From Vicinamibacteria bacterium (lineage in GTDB: Bacteria; Acidobacteriota; Vicinamibacteria; Marinacidobacterales; Marinacidobacteraceae), in contig OY729431.1 in the NCBI GenBank assembly GCA_963422395.1, positions 1,408,001 to 1,472,000 on the forward strand: 64,000 nucleotides of DNA. Direction: 5' to 3'. The notes beneath the pieces are model-generated. The model worked only from the letters and a program-made list of their open reading frames with translations. It was not told where the DNA came from and searched no databases. Each line of letters opens with the position of its first letter. Within the stretch, counting starts at the first letter, position 1. Of this stretch, positions 10,109-19,513 are shown in pieces. The position numbers and the translations under genes are program-made.

Positions 10109-10159
10109 GCCGGATCCTCGCGTAGATCGGTTCCCCGCTTTCGGGTCAGAATTGCCGGA

Positions 10160-11053
10160 GTGAGTTCCGAATCCGATCCGACCGCGCCGCGCCGCGTGCG
10201 CCTTGCGCTCATACAGCGCGCCGTCGAAACCGATCGAAGCGCCGCCCACGAAGCGGCGCTCGGCGCGGTGCGCCAGGCCGCCGGCGGCGGGGCGCAGATC
10301 GTCTGTCTGCCCGAGCTCTACGACCTCCCGTACTTCCCGCGGCAGGTTCGGGCGGACTTCTGGCGGCTGGCCGAAGCGCAGCCATCGCCCCGGGTCCGGG
10401 AGTTCGGCCAGCTGGCCGGCGATCTCGGAGTGGTCCTGGGGGTACCGGTCTTCGAGGAGGCAGCTCCCGGGGTGCTCTTCAACAGCGCCCTCGTCTTCGA
10501 CGCCAACGGAACCCTGCTGGGCTGCTATCGCAAGAACCACATTCCCCACGGTCCCGGGTGTTCCGAGAAGTACTACTTCACTCCCGGCGACCGAGGCTAC
10601 CCGGTCTGGAAAACCGCCTTCGGTCGGATCGGGGTGGGCATCTGCTGGGATTCCTGGTTTCCGGAGACGGCACGCGCGCTCGCGCTCGGAGGCGCCGAGC
10701 TGCTGCTCTTTCCGACCGCGATCGGCTCGGAGCCCGACCGCCCCGGTTGTTCCTCGGAGGATGCCTGGCGCACGGTGATGCGCGGGCACGCCATCGCGAA
10801 CGGCGTGTTCGTCGGCGTGCCGAACCGGGTGGGCGTCGAAGGAGCGACGACCTTCTACGGCGGCAGCTTCGCCTGCGACCCGTTCGGTGAGGTCATCGCG
10901 CAGGCGGGGAGCGAGCCGAAGACCGTGCTCGCTGATCTCGATTTCGGCCGGATCCGCGAACTCCGCGAACTACTGCAGTTCTTCCGGGACCGGCGCGTGT
11001 CCACCTACGGACCGCTGCTGCGGGTCGCTCCTGCGCTCGGCTCGTCGGACTGA
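10160..11053 (+). CDS. Nitrilase-family N-carbamoylputrescine amidase-like protein
   Basis: CLPEL, YRKNHIP, EKYYFTPGD, GICWDSWFPE, PTAIGSEP, FYGGSF, FFRDRR. Confidence 0.88.
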   Translation: MSSESDPTAPRRVRLALIQRAVETDRSAAHEAALGAVRQAAGGGAQIVCLPELYDLPYFPRQVRADFWRLAEAQPSPRVREFGQLAGDLGVVLGVPVFEEAAPGVLFNSALVFDANGTLLGCYRKNHIPHGPGCSEKYYFTPGDRGYPVWKTAFGRIGVGICWDSWFPETARALALGGAELLLFPTAIGSEPDRPGCSSEDAWRTVMRGHAIANGVFVGVPNRVGVEGATTFYGGSFACDPFGEVIAQAGSEPKTVLADLDFGRIRELRELLQFFRDRRVSTYGPLLRVAPALGSSD

Positions 11054-11056
11054 CCG

Positions 11057-11800
11057 ATGCCGGAGAACCCGCACACCCGCGAGCAGGCATTCCTGAGCCT
11101 CGCCGCGGTGTTTCTCGCGGCGCTGATCGCCGCCAATCTCATCTTCCGCAAATTCTTCGTCTGGGAGATTCCGGCGCTCGGCCTGTTGGGGCTCGATCCG
11201 CGGATGGAGCTCTCGGTGGGGATCCTCGCCTACCCGGTCACCTTCCTCTGCACCGATGTGCTCTCGGAGTTCTACGGCCGGCGGCGGGTGAGCCAGCTGG
11301 TGACCGCCGGTTTCTTTGCGAGCGTCTTCGTCGTGGGGTTGGTGGCGGTCTCGACGGTCGTTCCGGCGGCTGACTGGAGCGTGGTGGACGACGCCATGTT
11401 CGAGCGAGTCTTCGGGATCCAGACGATCGCCGTCGCCGCCTCGATGGGTGCATACCTCGGTGCCCAGTATCTCGACATCCGGCTATTCCACTATTGGAAG
11501 CGCCGAACTGCGGGCCGCCATCTCTGGCTGCGGAACAACGCTTCGACGTTCACTTCGCAGCTCGTGGACACCGTCCTGGTGAACGCGCTGCTCGCCGCTT
11601 TCGGCGCCGAGGAGATCACTCTGGAACGGCTGCCGGTCCTGGTGCTGAACGGCGTCGTCTTCAAGTGGATCGTCGCGCTGGTCGACACCCCGCTGGTCTA
11701 TGGAGCGGTGTGGTTTCTCCGCCGCCGCCTCGGCATCCGGGACGCCGCGGAGACCGCTGCCGATCTCGATGCTCATGCCGCTTCAGCCACAGACTGTTGA
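11057..11800 (+). CDS. Queuosine precursor transporter (YhhQ/VUT family)
   Basis: YPVTFLCTDVLSEFYG, AYLGAQYLDI, LWLRNNASTFTSQLVDT, LVDTPLVY. Confidence 0.9.
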   Translation: MPENPHTREQAFLSLAAVFLAALIAANLIFRKFFVWEIPALGLLGLDPRMELSVGILAYPVTFLCTDVLSEFYGRRRVSQLVTAGFFASVFVVGLVAVSTVVPAADWSVVDDAMFERVFGIQTIAVAASMGAYLGAQYLDIRLFHYWKRRTAGRHLWLRNNASTFTSQLVDTVLVNALLAAFGAEEITLERLPVLVLNGVVFKWIVALVDTPLVYGAVWFLRRRLGIRDAAETAADLDAHAASATDC

Positions 11801-11806
11801 GGGGGT

Positions 11807-11930
11807 GAGCAGCCTGTGGATACAGTGGCGCGAGCTCCAAGATCGGGGAGGCGCCCGGCGGACAAGGCGCGATTCGGGAGGCATACCGGGTGTATTCCGA
11901 CGGAATCGCAACGCCGAGCGAAGCGTTCAG
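11807..11930 (+). mobile_element. MITE-like repeat, copy 3 (partial)
   Basis: agcagcctgtggatacagtggcgcgag...caaggcgcgattcgggaggcataccgggtgtattccgacgg; lies between convergent genes. Confidence 0.8.
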
Positions 11931-12976
11931 GCGGGGACCGGAGCGGGCCGCCGCCCTTCGGGGGGTGGCCCCGCCCGCATCGACCGTTCAAGGCCGCCGC
12001 GGCGCCGGAAGATCCAGTCGCAGGTGAGCGAGAGGCCCTCTCCGAGCGGGGTTTTCGGCACCCAGCCGAGACGGCGGATGCGGGAGCTGTCCACGGCGTA
12101 GCGGCGGTCGTGCCCGGGCCGATCCGCGACCGGTTCGATCCGGGCACGCTTTCCCGTCTTCCGTTCGGCGAGATCGAGGATGCTCTCCGCCATTTCCAGA
12201 TTCGTCTTTCGGTCGCCGCTGCCGATGTTGTAGATCTCACCCGGCGCGCCGGATCGGAGCAGGAGTTCGAGAGCGCGGCAGTGGTCCCCGACGAAGAGCC
12301 AGTCGCGGACCTGACAACCATCTCCATAGAGGGGTAACGGCTCTCCGGCGAACGCACGCCCGAGGAAGGTCGGGGTCATCTTCTCCTGGTGTTGGCGGGG
12401 GCCGTAGGTGTTGGTCCCTCGGCTGATGAGCGCGGGAATCCCGTGGGTCGCGCGGTAGGCGAGCACCAGCAGATCGGCCCCCGCTTTACTGGCCGCATAC
12501 GGATTCCTCGGGGCCAGCCGCGCTTCTTCGTCGAACTGTCCTTCGGGTGCCTCGCCGTACACCTCGTCGGTGGATACCTGCAAGAACACGCGGCCCCGCC
12601 CGGCGCGCCGGAAGGCTTCGAGGAGCACTGCGGTTCCCAGGGTGTCGGTCCGGGCGAAGGCCTCGCCGTCCAGAATCGCTCGGTCCACATGGGTCTCGGC
12701 GGCGAAATTGACGAGGCAGTCAGCTCGGGCCGCGAGCGGGCCGACGACCTCGGGATCGCAGATGTCGCCGCGAAAGAATTCGTGACGGGGATCGTCGAGA
12801 GCCCGACTCAGATTGTCGAGCGATCCGGCGTAGGTCAGTTTGTCCAGCGTGAGCACCCGAGAATCCGGGTACCGGCGGAGCAGCTGATCCACGAAGTGGC
12901 TTCCGATGAACCCCGCGCCGCCCGTTATGAGGAAGGTCGGTGCCGGAGGAATCCGCAGCGGCGCAGATGTCGGCAT
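11927..12976 (-). CDS. rfbB: dTDP-glucose 4,6-dehydratase
   Basis: TGGAGFIGS, DKLTYAG, FAAETHVDR, STDEVYG, PYAASKA, DRPGHDRRYA. Confidence 0.93.
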   Translation of the reverse strand: MPTSAPLRIPPAPTFLITGGAGFIGSHFVDQLLRRYPDSRVLTLDKLTYAGSLDNLSRALDDPRHEFFRGDICDPEVVGPLAARADCLVNFAAETHVDRAILDGEAFARTDTLGTAVLLEAFRRAGRGRVFLQVSTDEVYGEAPEGQFDEEARLAPRNPYAASKAGADLLVLAYRATHGIPALISRGTNTYGPRQHQEKMTPTFLGRAFAGEPLPLYGDGCQVRDWLFVGDHCRALELLLRSGAPGEIYNIGSGDRKTNLEMAESILDLAERKTGKRARIEPVADRPGHDRRYAVDSSRIRRLGWVPKTPLGEGLSLTCDWIFRRRGGLERSMRAGPPPEGRRPAPVPA

Positions 12977-12981
12977 CGCTC

Positions 12982-13992
12982 TCAGGGAATACGGAGCACG
13001 ATCTTGCCGAAGTGCTCGCCGCGCGCCATCCGGTCGAGCGCTGCTGGCAGTTCCGCGAGCGGATACGACCGATCGAGTACCGGTCGGATGTCCTTCTCTT
13101 CGAGAAACCGGATCAGGTCGCGGAGCGCCCGGCGGCAATCGGTCATCACCCCGGCGATCCGGATCCGCCGCATCACCGCGGGAGCGAGCTGCACCGGGGC
13201 TTCGAGCCCGGTGAGCGCGCCGAGCAGCGCCACCGTCCCCCCGGCGGAGGCGGCCCGGAGCGATCGACTCAGGGTGCCCGCACCGCCGTTTTCGACCACC
13301 AGGTCGGCTCCTTCGCCGCCGGTCGCCTTGCGGACGGCCCGGTCCCATTCGGGCTCTTCGATACGGTGGATTCCGAAATCGGCGCCCAGCGCCCGGGCGC
13401 GGTCGAGTTTCTCGTGGGAGGACGAGGTGATGAGGACCCGAGCGCCGAGCGCCTTCGCGATCTGCAGCGCGAAGAGAGAGACCCCGCCCGTCCCCAGGGT
13501 GAGTACGGTCTGACCGGGAACGATCGGCCCTTCGGTGATCAGTGCACTCCAGGCGGTGAGCGCGGCGATCGGGAGCGCGGCAGCCTCTTCGTAGCGGAAC
13601 CCCGAAGGCGCCCGGCAGAGCGCCGCTTCGGGCAGCGCGACTCGTTCCTGGCCCATCCCCGGTCCCGGGCCGCCGAGCGTGGCGCGCGCGTATTCCCGGC
13701 GGAAGCGACCGTCCTCCCAGCCCACCACCGGGTGGGTGACGACCCGGTCTCCCGGAGCGAAGGTGCTCACCCCCTCCCCGACCGAAAGCACTTCCCCCGC
13801 GCCATCGCTCACCGGCGTCTGGGGCAGGGGAAGCCGCGGGTTGTAGGCGCCTTCCAGGATCATTAGGTCCCGGTAGTTCAGCGAGCCGGCGTGCAGTCCG
13901 ACGAGAACCTCTCCCGGACCGGCCTCCGGTGGATCGGTTTGCTCGAAGCGGAGGTTCTCCTTGCCGAAGCGGTCGAAGGTCCAGCGCTTCAC
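12982..13992 (-). CDS. MDR-family NAD(P)-dependent alcohol dehydrogenase-like protein
   Basis: SLNYRDL, PVSDGAGEV, LPIAALTAW, GTGGVSLFALQ, HFGKIV. Confidence 0.9.
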   Translation of the reverse strand: MKRWTFDRFGKENLRFEQTDPPEAGPGEVLVGLHAGSLNYRDLMILEGAYNPRLPLPQTPVSDGAGEVLSVGEGVSTFAPGDRVVTHPVVGWEDGRFRREYARATLGGPGPGMGQERVALPEAALCRAPSGFRYEEAAALPIAALTAWSALITEGPIVPGQTVLTLGTGGVSLFALQIAKALGARVLITSSSHEKLDRARALGADFGIHRIEEPEWDRAVRKATGGEGADLVVENGGAGTLSRSLRAASAGGTVALLGALTGLEAPVQLAPAVMRRIRIAGVMTDCRRALRDLIRFLEEKDIRPVLDRSYPLAELPAALDRMARGEHFGKIVLRIP

Positions 13993-14023
13993 GCCGGCCA
14001 GTGTACGGTAGGAACTTCTCCTG

Positions 14024-14304
14024 TTAGCCGCCTGTGGACGAAGTGCCGAGTAGCGAGGGTTCCCGGTCGAGGACACCGGACCGGGAACCCTTCGCTCTCC
14101 GGCGGGTTCGCAGGGCCATGCTGGCCTCGTATGGAGCGACCGGCGATGCATCCCGGCTGAACCGCGCCGTTTCACGGCGCTCATCGTTGCGTTTCGGTCG
14201 AAATACACCCGGTATGCCTCCCGAATCGCGCCTCGTCCGCCGGCCCCCACCGGGAGAACGGGACCCTTCTTGGGGCTCGCGTCACTTCATCCACAGGCTG
14301 CTAG
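14024..14304 (-). mobile_element. MITE-like repeat, copy 4 (longer variant)
   Basis: Ends ttagccgcctgtggacgaagtg ... cacttcatccacaggctgctag; shared core at ~14155-14245. Confidence 0.8.
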
Positions 14305-14314
14305 TGTTCGCTTC

Positions 14315-14764
14315 ATGTCCGAGGCCACCCTCTTCGACCGCGTTCTGCGAGGAGAGATTCCCAGCCATCGGGTGTACGAAGACGATCGGGTCGTCGCGTT
14401 CCTGGACATCGCTCCGCAGAGCCCGGGACACCTCTTGGTGGTTCCGCGGGAGAGTTGTGCCACCGTGGGCGAGCTTTCGGAGGAATCGGCGGCTGCCATC
14501 GGACGAGTGCTGCCGCGGCTCGCCCGTGCTCTCGAGCGTGCCGTCGGCGTCCCCCACCTGAACATCCTCCAGAACAACGGCGCCCCGGCGGGGCAGGCCG
14601 TGCCCCATGTCCACTTCCACCTCATTCCCCGCGTTCGCCGCAGCAAGGCTCCCGGTTCGGGGCTCGAAACGGTTTGGAAACCCGGCCGGCTCGGAAAAGA
14701 GGACGGCGAGCGGATGTCCGCGCGGATTCGGGACGCTCTGCGGGCTGCTGGAGAGAATGAGTAA
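14315..14764 (+). CDS. HIT family hydrolase
   Basis: FLDIAP...GHLLVVP, NNGAPAGQAVPHVHFHLIPR. Confidence 0.95.
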   Translation: MSEATLFDRVLRGEIPSHRVYEDDRVVAFLDIAPQSPGHLLVVPRESCATVGELSEESAAAIGRVLPRLARALERAVGVPHLNILQNNGAPAGQAVPHVHFHLIPRVRRSKAPGSGLETVWKPGRLGKEDGERMSARIRDALRAAGENE

Positions 14765-14823
14765 CCCGCCGGGAGGCGGCCTCACGGGACGAAGGCGAAG
14801 GGCTGCCGTTTTCGGGGGCGTCG

Positions 14824-15984
14824 ATGAATAGAAGAGCGCTGCTGAGGGCGGGCAGCTCGGGCCTTTTGGGCTGGGGACTCGCCGGCTGTGCGGCGCGTTC
14901 CGACCTCGCGCGCCCCCGCCTCCCGTTTCGCCTCGCGCCGGTGCGGGCCGAGCGGAACCGGGTGATCCGCACGACGGTGGGGTTGCGGCCGTACCGCCCT
15001 TCGGGCTTCCTGCTGCGCGCGGAACGATTCGACCAGACAACGGTGGTCCACGACTATGGGCATGGCGGTGCCGGGATCTCGCTCTCGTGGGGCACGGGGA
15101 AGATGGCGGCCGCAATCGCCCTCGAACACCCTGACCGGCGGGCCGCGGTCGTCGGCTGCGGTGCGGTGGGCCTCGCCGCCGCGCGCCAGCTGCAGCGGCG
15201 CGGTTTCGAGGTCACCATCTACGCTGCGGCGGTGCCCCCGAACACGACCTCCAACATGGCCTACGCCGGGTTCACGCCTGGGGCGTGGGCAGTCGAGGAC
15301 ACCCTTCGGACTCCCGCCTGGGATGCCCAGTTCCGTGAGGCAGCCGAAACTTCCTTCCTGGAATTCCAGTGGCTTGTGGGGAAGGGCTACGGTGTTTCCT
15401 GGATCGACCGCTACACGCTGACCGACACTGCGCCCCGTGAGCCGACCGGTGGGGGCGTCCGGCGAATCGAGCCGTTGGTGCCGACCCGCCTCGAAAGCGG
15501 ACGCTTCGTGCTGGGTCCCGGCGAGCATCCCTTTCCCAGTGCCTACGCGATCCGGCGGAACACGATCCGGATCGAGCCCAGCATCTACCTGGATGCGGTG
15601 CTGCGGGATTTTCTCGAGTTCGGCGGGCGCCTCGAGATCCATAGATTCTCCGAAGTCAGGCAACTCGTGGAACTCGAGGAAAACATCGTGATCCACTGCA
15701 CCGGACTCGGAGCTCTCGACCTCGGCGGCGACCCCGAACTCATGCCGCTCAAAGGACAGCTCACCGTGCTCGTCCCTCAGCCCGAAGTCGGGTACTCCGT
15801 TTCCGCGAGCACTTCCGGTGCCCCGGAAGGAGTGCGGGGGCTCGGGATGCTGCCGCGCCGCGACGGGATCGTCCTCGGGAGCACCGCCGAGCGGGGAGAG
15901 TGGTCGCTCGATCCGAATACCGCGGCGCGAAAGCACATCGTCGCCGCCCACCGGGCGATCTACGCAGCGATGGGCGGCGGGTGA
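14824..15984 (+). CDS. Tat-exported FAD-dependent D-amino acid oxidase-like protein
   Basis: MNRRALL Tat signal with LAGC; VGLRPYR, HDYGHGGAGISLSWG, VVGCGAVGL. Confidence 0.85.
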   Translation: MNRRALLRAGSSGLLGWGLAGCAARSDLARPRLPFRLAPVRAERNRVIRTTVGLRPYRPSGFLLRAERFDQTTVVHDYGHGGAGISLSWGTGKMAAAIALEHPDRRAAVVGCGAVGLAAARQLQRRGFEVTIYAAAVPPNTTSNMAYAGFTPGAWAVEDTLRTPAWDAQFREAAETSFLEFQWLVGKGYGVSWIDRYTLTDTAPREPTGGGVRRIEPLVPTRLESGRFVLGPGEHPFPSAYAIRRNTIRIEPSIYLDAVLRDFLEFGGRLEIHRFSEVRQLVELEENIVIHCTGLGALDLGGDPELMPLKGQLTVLVPQPEVGYSVSASTSGAPEGVRGLGMLPRRDGIVLGSTAERGEWSLDPNTAARKHIVAAHRAIYAAMGGG

Positions 15985-17744
15985 GCAGGGATACCGTGCC
16001 GCAGCCCAAGCGAACCGGCGCCCAGATCCTCTGGGAGACCCTGCTCCGCGAAGGGGTGCACACGGTTTTCGGCTACCCCGGCGGCGCGATCCTGCCAGCC
16101 TACGACGCCATGCTGGATTACCCGATCCGGCACATCCTCGTCCGCCATGAGCAGGGCGCGACCCACATGGCCGACGGGTATGCGCGGGCGAGCGGGAAAG
16201 TGGGAGTGGCGGTCGCCACCTCGGGACCTGGGGCGACGAACATGGTCACCGGGATCGCGACCGCGATGCTGGATTCGTCACCGATCCTCTGCGTGACCGG
16301 ACAGGTCGGGAGCCGACTCATCGGGACCGATGCCTTCCAGGAGACCGATGTGACGGGCGTCACGCTGCCGATCACGAAACACAACTACCTGATCACCGAG
16401 GTCGACGACATCGCGCCCGCGATCCACGAAGCCATGCATGTCGCCCGTTCGGGCCGCCCCGGACCGGTGCTGGTGGACATCACCAAGGATGCGCAGCAGG
16501 CCGAAACCGACGGCGAGTGGGACCCGGCCGACATCGCTCTGCCGGGCTACCGGCCCGACCCCCGGCCCCCGGAGTCGGAGTTTCGCCGCGCCGCGGCGAT
16601 GCTGAATGCCGCGAGCCGCCCGGTCATTCTGGCGGGCCACGGCATCCTGATCTCGGAAGCCATGGCCCCGGTGCGCGAACTCGCCGAGCGGGCCCGAATT
16701 CCGATCGCGATGACCCTCTTGGGCATCGGCTCGGTGCCGGCGGTGCACCCGCTGAACATGGGGATGATGGGGATGCACGGCGAATCCTGGGTCAACCGCG
16801 CGATCCAGAAGGCGGATCTGCTCCTGGCGCTGGGGATGCGTTTCGACGACCGTGTGACCGGCAAACTGCAGAAGTACGCGCCCAACGCCCGCAAGATCCA
16901 CATAGACATCGACCCCGCCGAGTTCAACAAGAATGTCCGGGTGGATGTGGCGCTCGCCGGGGATCTTTCAGCGGTGCTCGCCGACCTCTTGCCGGTGATC
17001 GAGGCCCGCGATCGCTCCGAGTGGCTCGAAACCATCGCCGCTCTGAAAGGGAACACCGCGGTCCGGGATATCCAGAACCTGCCCGACGATGGCCGCTTCT
17101 ACGCCGCGCATGTCATCCACGACATCTGGCGGAGGACCGGCGGCAAGGCGGTGGTGGCGACCGATGTCGGGCAGCACCAGATGTGGGAGGCCCAGTACTA
17201 CCGCCACGACGAGCCTCGATCTCTCATCACTTCCGGAGGCCTCGGGACGATGGGCTTCGCGCTTCCGGCCGCCATCGGCGCGAAGGTCGCCCGCCCCGAC
17301 GAAGAGGTGTGGGTGATCGCCGGGGACGGCGGCTTCCAGATGACCCTGTGCGAACTGGCGACGATCGCCCAAGAGCGGTTGAAGCTGCACATCGCGATCA
17401 TCAACAACGGGTATCTGGGCATGGTGCGGCAGTGGCAGGAGTTCTTCTATGACCGGCGCTATGCCGGCACTCCTCTCCAGAGCCCCGATTTCGCAGCCCT
17501 CGCCCGGAGTTTCGGCCTCGGCGGCGAGACGATCACTTCCAGAAAGGAAGTCGTGGGTGCGGTGGAACGCGCCCGCTCCAGCGAAGGGACGGTGGTCCTC
17601 GATTTCCGAGTGGAGAAGGAGGACACCGTCTATCCGATGGTGCCCACCGGAGCGGAACTCCAGGACATGATCCGGCGCCCCGAGCGAGCGGCGGCCGAAG
17701 AATCCGATGCGGCTCCGGCTGCCGCCGGCGAAATCGAGTGGTGA
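15981..17744 (+). CDS. ilvB: Acetolactate synthase large subunit
   Basis: FGYPGGAILP, RHEQGA, TSGPGATN, TDVGQHQMW, GDGGFQM, NNGYLGMVRQWQ. Confidence 0.97.
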   Translation: MSRDTVPQPKRTGAQILWETLLREGVHTVFGYPGGAILPAYDAMLDYPIRHILVRHEQGATHMADGYARASGKVGVAVATSGPGATNMVTGIATAMLDSSPILCVTGQVGSRLIGTDAFQETDVTGVTLPITKHNYLITEVDDIAPAIHEAMHVARSGRPGPVLVDITKDAQQAETDGEWDPADIALPGYRPDPRPPESEFRRAAAMLNAASRPVILAGHGILISEAMAPVRELAERARIPIAMTLLGIGSVPAVHPLNMGMMGMHGESWVNRAIQKADLLLALGMRFDDRVTGKLQKYAPNARKIHIDIDPAEFNKNVRVDVALAGDLSAVLADLLPVIEARDRSEWLETIAALKGNTAVRDIQNLPDDGRFYAAHVIHDIWRRTGGKAVVATDVGQHQMWEAQYYRHDEPRSLITSGGLGTMGFALPAAIGAKVARPDEEVWVIAGDGGFQMTLCELATIAQERLKLHIAIINNGYLGMVRQWQEFFYDRRYAGTPLQSPDFAALARSFGLGGETITSRKEVVGAVERARSSEGTVVLDFRVEKEDTVYPMVPTGAELQDMIRRPERAAAEESDAAPAAAGEIEW

Positions 17745-17751
17745 TCGCGGG

Positions 17752-18342
17752 ATGGCTTCGGGAAGTGCCGAGTCGGTGGGGCCCCGCATCTTCGCGGTCT
17801 GGGTGGAAGATCTCCCCGGAGTGCTGAACCGCGTGACTTCGCTCTTCCGGAGGCGCGGCTTCAACATCGAGTCGCTCTCGGTGGGCCGCGCGAAGGCCCT
17901 CGGCGTTTCGCGGATGACCATCGTGGTGCGGACCGATCCGACGGGGGCGCGCCGGCTCGGGGTCCAGCTTTCGCGCCTCGTGAATGTCCTTCGCATCGAC
18001 GAGATCACCGGCCAACCCTCGGTCCGCCACGAACTGGCCATGTTCAAGATCGAGGCGGGGCCCGAAGCGCGCAGCCAGGTCATCCAGCTCGCCACCGCCA
18101 CCGGCGCCCGGGTAGTGGATGTCGCTCCGGGGTCGGTGGTCATCGAGGCCACGGCCTCGCCGCAGAAAATCGACGGGCTCGCCGAAGTGCTCCGTCCCTA
18201 CGGCGTTCTCGAACAGGTCCGGACCGGCCTGGTCGGCATGGCTCGGGGCGTTTCCAGTGCGATGAGCGACCCCGTGCCCCGCAATCCGCCGAAACCGGCG
18301 CGGCCGCTTCCGGGCGGCGACGACGGAGCCGGTTCCGTCTGA
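17752..18342 (+). CDS. ilvN: Acetolactate synthase small subunit
   Basis: [28 protein letters not shown]; VRTG. Confidence 0.95.
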   Translation: MASGSAESVGPRIFAVWVEDLPGVLNRVTSLFRRRGFNIESLSVGRAKALGVSRMTIVVRTDPTGARRLGVQLSRLVNVLRIDEITGQPSVRHELAMFKIEAGPEARSQVIQLATATGARVVDVAPGSVVIEATASPQKIDGLAEVLRPYGVLEQVRTGLVGMARGVSSAMSDPVPRNPPKPARPLPGGDDGAGSV

Positions 18343-18395
18343 ACTCTGCTTTTCCTGGTGAAACGCCGAGCGATCCCCCGAGGAGGAATGGCCCG

Positions 18396-19418
18396 ATGGC
18401 CACCATCTACTACGACGACTCAGCCGATCCCGAGCTGATCCGCAACCGCAAGGTCGCCATCTTCGGGTACGGCTCCCAGGGCCATGCCCACGCGCTGAAC
18501 CTCCACGACAGCGGAGTCGAGGTGCGTGTCGCTCTCCGCCCCGAAAGCCGCTCCCGCGTGCGCGCCGAGGCGGACGGCCTCGCAGTGCTCGACGGGGCCG
18601 AAGCGGCTGCTTGGGCCGATGTCGTGGCCATCCTGACCCCCGACACCGGGCAGGCGCGCCTCTACGAGGAGCAGATCGCGCCGCACCTCAGCACGGGGAA
18701 GACTCTGCTGTTCGCCCACGGCTTCAACATCCGGTTCGGGACGATCCGTCCGCCCGCTGCGGTGGATGTCTCGCTCGTCGCGCCGAAGGCTCCCGGCCAC
18801 CGGGTCCGCGAGCTGTTCCTCGAGGGCGGCGGAACGCCGGCTCTGGTGGCAGTGGAACAGGACGCTTCGGGGAGTGCGCTGGCGCTTGCCCTCTCCTATG
18901 CCCGCGGGGTGGGGCTGACCCGAGCCGGAGTCATCCAGACCACCTTCGCCGAGGAGACCGAGACTGATCTCTTCGGTGAACAGAGCGTGCTCTGCGGTGG
19001 AGTGAGCGAGCTGGTCAAGGCGGGCTTCGACACCTTGGTGGAGGCGGGCTACCAGCCGGAAATCGCCTACTTCGAATGCCTCCACGAGCTGAAACTCATC
19101 GTGGACCTGATGTATCGGGGCGGGCTCAATTACATGCGCTACTCGGTGAGCGACACTGCCGAGCACGGCGACTACCACGGCGGCCGCCGCGTCGTCACCG
19201 AGGAAACCCGGGAGGCGATGCAGCGGATCCTCGCCGATGTCCGGAGCGGCGCCTACGCGAAGCGCTGGATCGAGGAAGACCGCGCTGGCCGGCCTGCTTT
19301 CATGGCGCGCCGCCGTGAAGAGCAGGCGCACCCGATCGAGACCGTCGGAGCCGATCTGCGGCGGATGATGCCGTTCCTCGACGCGGTCACGCTGAAGGAG
19401 TCGGTCGGATCGGCCTGA
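18396..19418 (+). CDS. ilvC: Ketol-acid reductoisomerase
   Basis: [45 protein letters not shown]. Confidence 0.98.
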   Translation: MATIYYDDSADPELIRNRKVAIFGYGSQGHAHALNLHDSGVEVRVALRPESRSRVRAEADGLAVLDGAEAAAWADVVAILTPDTGQARLYEEQIAPHLSTGKTLLFAHGFNIRFGTIRPPAAVDVSLVAPKAPGHRVRELFLEGGGTPALVAVEQDASGSALALALSYARGVGLTRAGVIQTTFAEETETDLFGEQSVLCGGVSELVKAGFDTLVEAGYQPEIAYFECLHELKLIVDLMYRGGLNYMRYSVSDTAEHGDYHGGRRVVTEETREAMQRILADVRSGAYAKRWIEEDRAGRPAFMARRREEQAHPIETVGADLRRMMPFLDAVTLKESVGSA

Positions 19419-19513
19419 TTCCGTCTGGCGGACGCCGCTCCCGGGAAAGTGGGCCGGAGGCGCGCTGCCCGTAGAATTCGGCCCCTTCCACCGCCCTTCC
19501 AGGAGATCAGCCC

